A DNA stretch of 23,083 nt from the NCBI GenBank assembly GCA_037443365.1, contig JBBIOM010000008.1:49769-72851 (forward strand), written 5' to 3'. Source of the DNA: Armatimonadota bacterium (GTDB taxonomy: Bacteria; Sysuimicrobiota; Sysuimicrobiia; Sysuimicrobiales; Humicultoraceae). Below are positions 16,709 through 23,083 of the stretch, one piece after another; position 1 is the stretch's first letter, and the number at the start of each line of letters is the position of its first letter. The notes below the pieces were generated by a model. The model had not been told where the DNA came from and made no database searches. It saw nothing but the letters and a program-made list of their open reading frames with translations. Made by a program: the position numbers and the translations under genes.

Positions 16709-17396
16709 GCAGCCGCTGCTCCATCTCGCGGCTGACCTCTCGGAGATCCTTGATCGTATCCACCGACCGCCAGTAGGCCTCGGACCTGAAGGCGCCCAGG
16801 CGCCGCTGCCTGGCCAGCTCCGGGAACGTCGAGCGCTCGTGGTCTCCGACCTCGGGAAGCAACGGCATCACGTCGCGCGAAAGCGCGTAGATCCCGGCGT
16901 TGATCCAGTAGGGGAGCGTGGGCTTCTCGTGGAAGGCGACGACCCGATCGTCCTCCGTGACCTCCACCAGCCCGTATGTGCTCACGTAGCGCACGAGCAC
17001 CAGGGTGGCCAGGCCATCCCTGGCGTGGTGCTGATTCACGAGTGGCTCGAGCCGCATGTTGGTGATGACGTCCCCGTTCGTTGCCAGCACGACCCCGGCC
17101 GGCTCGCGGAGCCTCTCGAACGCTGCGCGGATGGCCCCTCCGCGTCCAAGTGGCGAACTCTCTACGGAGTAGTCTATGCGCATGCCCCATCTGCCGCCGT
17201 CGCCGAAGTAGTCCACTATGACCTCGTGACGGTACCCGCACGCCACAACCACCTCAAAGACACCTTGCGACTGCAGCCAGTGCATCTGGTAGGCCAGGAT
17301 CGGGACACCCAGCACCTCGACCATGGGCTTGGGCCGGTCCTCAGTGTAGGGCCTCAGCCGTTCCCCTCGCCCTCCTGCCAGGATGATCGCCTGCAC
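16689..17396 (-). CDS. Sugar-phosphate nucleotidyltransferase family protein (mannose-1-phosphate guanylyltransferase-like)
   Basis: Motifs AIILAGGRGERLRPYT..RPKPM, PLGRGG, NGD, EKP and INAGIY. GTG at 17396 is 8 nt after GGGAGG. Confidence 0.9.
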   Translation of the reverse strand: MQAIILAGGRGERLRPYTEDRPKPMVEVLGVPILAYQMHWLQSQGVFEVVVACGYRHEVIVDYFGDGGRWGMRIDYSVESSPLGRGGAIRAAFERLREPAGVVLATNGDVITNMRLEPLVNQHHARDGLATLVLVRYVSTYGLVEVTEDDRVVAFHEKPTLPYWINAGIYALSRDVMPLLPEVGDHERSTFPELARQRRLGAFRSEAYWRSVDTIKDLREVSREMEQRLLTGFLA

Positions 17397-17508
17397 CGTC
17401 AGTGCCTCCCTTCGAGATGCCGGCTCGCGCACAGACCAGTTCGCGCCGGCCGCCCCTGCCTCCTGGAGCCGTGCGGGGCTCGGCGAGGGAGCCGCACAGG
17501 GCCACCTA

Positions 17509-17537
17509 GGGAAAGGCCGGGGGATTGTCCCCCGGCC
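17509..17537 (-). terminator. Probable intrinsic terminator downstream of the putative outer-membrane protein gene
   Basis: GGCCGGGGGA-TTG-TCCCCCGGCC perfect 10-bp stem (17515-17537), about 30 nt past the stop. Only a short TTT tail on the minus strand. Confidence 0.55.
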
Positions 17538-17565
17538 CTCCGACACGCCGTGTCCAGGCAGACGG

Positions 17566-18297
17566 CTACGGCGCGGTGAAGTTGAGGCCCACGTACCAGC
17601 CGCTCCAGGAGAGCCTCATCGTGTAGAGAACATCGTACGGGATCTCCGATATGTCCCACCGGGCGTCCCGGTATCCTCCCTCGATTCCCCAGGGCCCGAA
17701 GCTGCGGCCTATCCCCGCGTGCCAGTTCATGAGACTGCCCTTGGCGGTGCCGGTGTACTCCGGCCAGTTCTGGGATACGTCACCACGAAGCAGGTAGCCG
17801 AGACTCCCTGTCGCGTACCAGCCCCCTGTCAGGGAAACCGTGCCATCCACCCCAAACCGGAACCCAGACTGGCGGAGGTACCAGCCCCACAAGGGGTACT
17901 CAACCGCCGCTGATCCCCAGCCGGCGAACACCGAGAAGAGGCCTGCCGAAGAAACGAACTGCCGGTGGAGATTGAGGTTCCAGAACCTGTTGCTCATGTC
18001 GACGGGTGCGGGGACCGGTAGGTATTCGTTGACGAGCGCGTCGGTCCTCGACCCCGAATCGAGGTTGAAACTCAGGGCCCATGCACGGTCCGCTGACGGG
18101 CGCCGCAGCGTGAAGCCCCAGAGGTTGGAACTCGACGGGTAGCTGGAGGTCCATCCTACCCCCCCGCTGGGTATGAAGTCCGTGGATCCGGTCGTGGACC
18201 AGTACCTCAACTGGAACATCGTCTGGGCGCTCGCAGACGGGGCCGGGACAAGAACAACGGCTGCCACAACCACGATCGCCGCAAGCCGCATCCTCAC
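17566..18297 (-). CDS. Secreted hypothetical protein, putative outer-membrane beta-barrel
   Basis: Sec signal peptide (MRMRLAAIVVVAAVVLVPAPSASA|Q), many Gly/aromatic alternating strands, C-terminal SGWYVGLNFTAP, and an AGGAGG RBS 7 nt upstream. Confidence 0.7.
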   Translation of the reverse strand: MRMRLAAIVVVAAVVLVPAPSASAQTMFQLRYWSTTGSTDFIPSGGVGWTSSYPSSSNLWGFTLRRPSADRAWALSFNLDSGSRTDALVNEYLPVPAPVDMSNRFWNLNLHRQFVSSAGLFSVFAGWGSAAVEYPLWGWYLRQSGFRFGVDGTVSLTGGWYATGSLGYLLRGDVSQNWPEYTGTAKGSLMNWHAGIGRSFGPWGIEGGYRDARWDISEIPYDVLYTMRLSWSGWYVGLNFTAP

Positions 18298-18519
18298 TCG
18301 TCCACCTCCTGGCGTGGCCTGTCTCGCGTATTGAGGAGTGTTTCTTCGAGGCCCCGGTTTCTCCTTCTGCCGCGGGGATCTGGGGCAGGCCGGCTCCTAT
18401 CCTCCGGACCGCCTCACCACCTGGAAAAAGGTCTGGAGAGTATCCGCGATTCGACGCCGGCCTGGGCCAACAGGTCACGGATGAAGAGGACGCAGGCCTC
18501 TTGTGCATCGCCGCGAGGC

Positions 18520-19641
18520 CTAGATCCTCAGGACGTCATCCAGCGGCCGGCAGGGTAGGGCGTGGGCCTGGGCGACCGCCTCGTAGACCACGTGGCCGCC
18601 GCAGACGTTGATCCCTCTGGCCAGGCACGGATCCTCGAACGCGGCTCTCTTCAGACCCTTGCCCGCGATGGACAGCGCATAGGGTAGGGTTGCATTCGTA
18701 AGAGCGAATGTGGAGGTGCGGGGAACGGCCCCTGGCATGTTGGCAACCGAGTAGTGGACCACCCCGTGCCTGGTGTATGTCGGCTGGGCATGGGTGGTCA
18801 CGCGGTCGATTGTCTCTACGCAGCCCCCCTGGTCGATGGCCACGTCCACGATGACAGAGCCGGCCTTCATGGTCTTGACCATCTCTTCGGTCACCAGGCG
18901 GGGCGCCCGGGCCCCGGGAATCAGCACCGCCCCGATGAGCAGGTCGGCCCGCCTTGCGGCCGCGGCCACGTTGAACTCGTTGGACATCATGGTGATCAGC
19001 CGCCCGGCGAAGATGTCGTCGAGGTACCTCAGGCGGTCGGCACTGACGTCCAGGACCACCACGCTGGCGCCCATTCCCAGGGCGATCTTTGCCGCGTTCG
19101 TGCCCACCACGCCGCCGCCAATGATGGCGACCTCGGCCGGCGGGACACCCGGCACGCCGCCCAGGAGCACGCCGCGGCCACCGTAGGGAGCGCACAGCAG
19201 GTTGGCGCCTACCTGAGTAGCCATGCGTCCCGCCACCTCGCTCATGGGCGTCAGAAGGGGCAGGCTCCCATCGGGTAGCTGGACCGTCTCGTAGGCGATG
19301 GCCGCCACTTCGCGCTCCATGAGCATGCGGGTGAGGTCCGGCTCGGGAGCCAAATGGAGGTAGGTGAAGAGTACCTGCCCGGGCCGAAACCGGTGATACT
19401 CCGGCGGCAGGGGTTCCTTCACCTTGAGGATGAGCTCGGCTCCGCCAAAGACCTCGTCGGCCCCGGCCATATTCGCCCCGGCCGCCACGTACTCATCATC
19501 CGGGAAGCCGCTGCCGGCGCCCGCTCCCTTCTCCACCAGGACCCGGTGGCCAGCCTTGACCATTGCGGCGACCCCGCCCGGAGTAGCCGCGACCCTGTTC
19601 TCGTTGGCCTTGATCTCCTTCGGAATTCCCACGATCATCAT
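18520..19641 (-). CDS. ald: Alanine dehydrogenase
   Basis: Motifs [54 protein letters not shown] and [16 protein letters not shown] 19641 (or 19638) follows GGGAG. Confidence 0.97.
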   Translation of the reverse strand: MMIVGIPKEIKANENRVAATPGGVAAMVKAGHRVLVEKGAGAGSGFPDDEYVAAGANMAGADEVFGGAELILKVKEPLPPEYHRFRPGQVLFTYLHLAPEPDLTRMLMEREVAAIAYETVQLPDGSLPLLTPMSEVAGRMATQVGANLLCAPYGGRGVLLGGVPGVPPAEVAIIGGGVVGTNAAKIALGMGASVVVLDVSADRLRYLDDIFAGRLITMMSNEFNVAAAARRADLLIGAVLIPGARAPRLVTEEMVKTMKAGSVIVDVAIDQGGCVETIDRVTTHAQPTYTRHGVVHYSVANMPGAVPRTSTFALTNATLPYALSIAGKGLKRAAFEDPCLARGINVCGGHVVYEAVAQAHALPCRPLDDVLRI

Positions 19642-19820
19642 GCGTCCGTGCTCCCTTCCCTGGGCATGCTCAGGACCTGCGGGCCCATTCACGTGCTTTG
19701 CCCGGCCAGGCGGAAAACCCTGCTTCCCACTGGCACCGCTGCGGACTGAAGGACTTCCCCAGCCTCAGTAGAAGGAGGCCTGATGCAGGGGATCGATCTG
19801 CCGTAGGAGGAGGGGTTGCG

Positions 19821-21098
19821 ATGTCGCGAAAGGCGCTAGTTGCCATCGTGGCAGTTGTTGTGGTGATCGCGGCCATCGTTGTCTTCCAGACCTCGCGAAC
19901 CAAGGCGCCAGTTCCCGCTCCTGCCGCTGCGAAGCTCGAGATCTTCTCGTGGTGGACCACGGGTGGTGAAGAGGCCGGACTGCTGAAGATGTTCGACATC
20001 TATCGTCAACAGAATCCTGGCGTGGAAATCGTCAACGCCACGGTGGCCGGCGGAGCCGGATTCGAGGCCAAGCCCGCGCTCAAGGCCCGGATGCTCGGCG
20101 GGGATCCACCCGATTCCTTCCAGGTGCACATGGGGCGTGAGCTGATCGATACCTGGGTCACGACGGGCTTCATGGAGCCCCTCAACGACCTCTTCGAGAA
20201 GGAAGGCTGGGGAGGCGTGTTCCCGCCCGGCGTCCTGGCGCTGTTGAAGCACGAGGGCAGCTACTACTCGGTGCCGGTCAACATCCACAGGTCCAACGTT
20301 CTCTGGTACAACACGAAGGTCTTCGCGGCGAACGGGTGGAAGCCGCCCGCCACGTTCGACGAGTTCTTCGCCCTGGCCGAGAAGATGAAGGCCAAGGGGA
20401 TAGCGCCGCTGGCATTGGGCGACGTGGGAATATGGGCGTCGGTGCACCTCTTCGAGGTTGTGCTGGCGGGCTCGCTCGGCCCCGATGCTTACAACGGGCT
20501 TTGGACCGGCGCGACGAACTGGAACGGGCCCGAGGTCAAGCGGGCGCTGGAAGTCATGGCAAGGATGCTCAAGTACGTGAACCCCGATCACTCGGCGCTT
20601 TCCTGGGATCAGGCCAACGGCCTGGTGATCGAGGGCAAGGCGGGCATGACAATCATGGGCGACTGGGTTGACGCTGATAACCTGGCGCGTGGATTCAAGG
20701 ACTCCGGGTGGGCGCCGCCGCCGGGAACGAAGGGAGTGTTTGTGGCTCTCTCCGACACATTCGGCCTTCCCAAGAAGTCGCCGCACCCAGCGCAGGCCAC
20801 GGCGTGGCTCCGGCTCGCGGGCTCGAAGGCGGGCCAGGAGGCCTTCAACCCGGTCAAGGGCTCGATCTGCGCCCGCAGCGACTGCGACCCAGGGCTCTTC
20901 GGTCCCTACCTGAAGTCGGCGATGCAGGATTGGGCGAAGGACGCCATCGTTCCCAGTCTGGCCCACGGCGCCGCGGCCTCGGAAACATGGGTGGCGCTGA
21001 TCAACGACGTGGTGACGGCGTTCGTCACTGACCGCGATGTGGCCAAGGCCCAGGCGGCGTTGGCCAAGGCGTGCGTTGACGCGAAGGTATGCAAGTAG
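19821..21098 (+). CDS. Carbohydrate ABC transporter substrate-binding protein (glucose/mannose-binding-like)
   Basis: Motifs LEIFSWWTTGGE, GGDPPDSFQVH, VPVNIHRSN, IMGDW and FNPVKGSI; AGGAGGAGG RBS. Confidence 0.9.
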   Translation: MSRKALVAIVAVVVVIAAIVVFQTSRTKAPVPAPAAAKLEIFSWWTTGGEEAGLLKMFDIYRQQNPGVEIVNATVAGGAGFEAKPALKARMLGGDPPDSFQVHMGRELIDTWVTTGFMEPLNDLFEKEGWGGVFPPGVLALLKHEGSYYSVPVNIHRSNVLWYNTKVFAANGWKPPATFDEFFALAEKMKAKGIAPLALGDVGIWASVHLFEVVLAGSLGPDAYNGLWTGATNWNGPEVKRALEVMARMLKYVNPDHSALSWDQANGLVIEGKAGMTIMGDWVDADNLARGFKDSGWAPPPGTKGVFVALSDTFGLPKKSPHPAQATAWLRLAGSKAGQEAFNPVKGSICARSDCDPGLFGPYLKSAMQDWAKDAIVPSLAHGAAASETWVALINDVVTAFVTDRDVAKAQAALAKACVDAKVCK

Positions 21099-21130
21099 CC
21101 GCAGGTTGACTCTCCGACCGGGGCGAGGCA

Positions 21131-22114
21131 ATGCGGCTGAACTCTGACCGCGTCCTCGCCCTGGCATTGCTGGCCCCATCCATCGCGGCCACGGCCGTCT
21201 TTGTTTACGGCTTCATCGGCTGGACCGCATGGGTCTCCCTATCCCGGTGGCACGGGCTGCTGCCGGACTTCACCTGGGTGGGTCTGGCGAACTACGCGGA
21301 GTTGCTCCGCAACCCGCGTTTCCACATCGATATCCGCAACACGGTCGCCTTCACGGCGTTCCTGCTGGCGGCGTGCATGAGCCTGGGCCTCGGCCTGGCG
21401 CTGCTGCTCGACCGCGGGGTACGCGGCGAGAGTCTGTTCCGCAGCCTGTTCTTCTTCCCGATGGCCATCTCGTTCATCGTCACCGGGGTGGCGTGGAGAT
21501 GGCTGCTCGCCCCAGGGGACGTGGCCACGGGCCGGATAACGGGCGTGAATGTGCTCCTGGCGCGGCTGGGCCTCCCACACCTGAAGTGGTACACCGACCC
21601 CGCAGTCCTCCACATCCCGCCGGATGGCCCGCTCGGGCAACTGCTCCGCAGCGTGGGGCTGGAGACCCTCACCGGCCCGCTGCTCGGGGTGCCGGTAGCG
21701 ATGCTCTCGATCGTCATCGCGGCTACATGGCAGATGTCGGGTTTCGTCATGGCGCTCTACCTGGCAGGGCTGCGCGGCTTCCCCGAGGAGCTGCGGGAGG
21801 CGGCGCGGATCGACGGCGCAGGCGAATGGCAGATCTACCGCCACGTCGTCCTGCCCTTCCTGCGGCCGATCACGCTCAGCGCCCTGATCATCCTGGGGCA
21901 CATCTCGCTCAAGATCTTCGACCTGGTCGCAGCCATGAGCAAGCGCGGCCCGGGCTTCGCCACCGACGTGCCCGCGTACTTCATGTTCGAGACCACGTTC
22001 CACGGCGACCGATTCGCCCAGGGAGCCGCGATAGCGATCGTCATGCTGGCCGCGGTCAGCCTGCTGATAGTCCCATACCTGGCCCACACCATGCGGGGCG
22101 AGACCGGGACATGA
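21131..22114 (+). CDS. Carbohydrate ABC transporter permease (MalF-type)
   Basis: Motifs WVGLANY, PMAISFIVTG and EAA loop LREAARIDGA. Confidence 0.93.
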   Translation: MRLNSDRVLALALLAPSIAATAVFVYGFIGWTAWVSLSRWHGLLPDFTWVGLANYAELLRNPRFHIDIRNTVAFTAFLLAACMSLGLGLALLLDRGVRGESLFRSLFFFPMAISFIVTGVAWRWLLAPGDVATGRITGVNVLLARLGLPHLKWYTDPAVLHIPPDGPLGQLLRSVGLETLTGPLLGVPVAMLSIVIAATWQMSGFVMALYLAGLRGFPEELREAARIDGAGEWQIYRHVVLPFLRPITLSALIILGHISLKIFDLVAAMSKRGPGFATDVPAYFMFETTFHGDRFAQGAAIAIVMLAAVSLLIVPYLAHTMRGETGT

Positions 22115-22989
22115 GGGGACTGCGGCGCGTCGGCCGCGTCCTTGTCTACGCGGCGCTTGTGGGCGCCGGGATCTTCTACCTGCTGCCCGTCTATGTCCTC
22201 GTCATTACCGGTCTGAAATCCTATGCCGAGGCCGGTCTGAGCCAGATGTGGCAGTTTCCGGCCTCACCCACGCTCGAGGGCTTTCGACAGGCGTACGCGC
22301 GGCTGGCCCCTTACTTCGCGAACAGCTTCGCGCTGACCATCCCTGCGGCGCTGCTATCATCCCTGCTGGGCTCGGTGAACGGCTACATCCTGTCCAAGTG
22401 GCGCTTTCGGGGCTCCGACCTGCTCTTCACGCTGATACTGTTCGGGATGTTCATCCCCTACCAGAGCATTCTGATACCGCTGGTCTATACACTGCAGCGC
22501 GTCAACGCGGTTGCCGCAGGGCTGGGCATCCCGGGCTGGCTCGCCTGGGCGATCCCCGGGTATGGGACGATCACAGGACTCGCCTTCGTGCACATTGTCT
22601 ACGGAATCCCTATCACGACCCTGATCTTCCGGAACTACTATGCCACGGTGCCCGACGATCTCATGGACGCCGCCAAGATCGACGGCGCGAGCCTGACCAG
22701 CATCTACCGCAGGGTGCTCCTGCCCATCTCGATGCCGGCCTTCGCCGTGGTTCTGATCTGGCAGTTCACCTCGATCTGGAACGAGTTCCTCTTCGCCGTG
22801 GTCCTGACTCAGAACCCGGCGGTGCGGCCCGTCACGGTTGCCCTCTACAACCTGGCGGGCAGCTACATCGTGGAGTGGAACGTGCAAATGGCAGGGGCGC
22901 TGCTGGCCGCCACGCCAACGCTCCTCGTCTACATCTTCCTGGGGAGGTACTTCCTGCGCGGCCTGCTGGCAGGGGCGCTGAAGGGCTGA
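22111..22989 (+). CDS. Carbohydrate ABC transporter permease (MalG-type)
   Basis: Motifs FANS, MDAAKIDGAS, WNEFL and GLLAGALKG; ATGA overlap with the previous stop. Confidence 0.93.
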   Translation: MRGLRRVGRVLVYAALVGAGIFYLLPVYVLVITGLKSYAEAGLSQMWQFPASPTLEGFRQAYARLAPYFANSFALTIPAALLSSLLGSVNGYILSKWRFRGSDLLFTLILFGMFIPYQSILIPLVYTLQRVNAVAAGLGIPGWLAWAIPGYGTITGLAFVHIVYGIPITTLIFRNYYATVPDDLMDAAKIDGASLTSIYRRVLLPISMPAFAVVLIWQFTSIWNEFLFAVVLTQNPAVRPVTVALYNLAGSYIVEWNVQMAGALLAATPTLLVYIFLGRYFLRGLLAGALKG

Positions 22990-23033
22990 GCCACAAGCCC
23001 TGCAGGAGCGCTCTGGCGCGCACCAACGGCGGT

Positions 23034-23063
23034 TTGACAGGGCAGGTCGTCCGACAGTAGAAT
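23034..23063 (+). promoter_or_regulatory. sigma70-type promoter for a gene beyond the window
   Basis: TTGACA 23034-23039, 18-bp spacer, TAGAAT 23058-23063. Confidence 0.65.
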
Positions 23064-23083
23064 GGCGGCAAGTTTCAGGTCAT

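Noticed and set aside
18494-18521. AGGCCTC...GAGGCCT inverted repeat at the ald stop
   Set aside because: 7-bp stem with a 14-nt loop and no U-tract; not convincing as a terminator.
1-23083. CRISPR arrays, tRNA/rRNA genes, riboswitches and IS elements
   Set aside because: No spaced direct repeats, recognisable structured-RNA motifs or transposase ORFs seen by eye; an Rfam/Infernal scan of the intergenic regions would be needed to exclude them formally.

Overview
High-GC bacterial chromosomal window, probably from a diderm Terrabacteria-type lineage (inferred from a GAAC-N4-GTTC SOS box, the secD-secF-recJ-rel-dtd gene order and a probable beta-barrel protein). From left to right: the 3' part of an FAD-dependent oxidoreductase with an apparent deletion/frameshift near base 57, then a RibD-like reductase. 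Next is a three-gene cassette behind a consensus sigma70 promoter covered by a LexA box: inactive RadA/RecA-like protein, a small arCOG07300/PPB2-like protein, and an archaeal-type PolB2 family-B DNA polymerase. A convergent DUF72 gene overlaps the polymerase end. A housekeeping operon follows: secD, secF, LapA-family protein, a RecJ fused to a HIRAN domain and a degenerate helicase, rel, an aminotransferase, dtd and a histidine phosphatase. On the minus strand are a nucleotidyltransferase, a putative outer-membrane protein and alanine dehydrogenase. The window ends with a sugar ABC transporter (binding protein plus two permeases). The best candidate for a novel system is the SOS-controlled iRadA-PPB2-PolB2 cassette, a putative alternative bacterial mutasome. 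All family assignments are from motif recognition; no searches were run.
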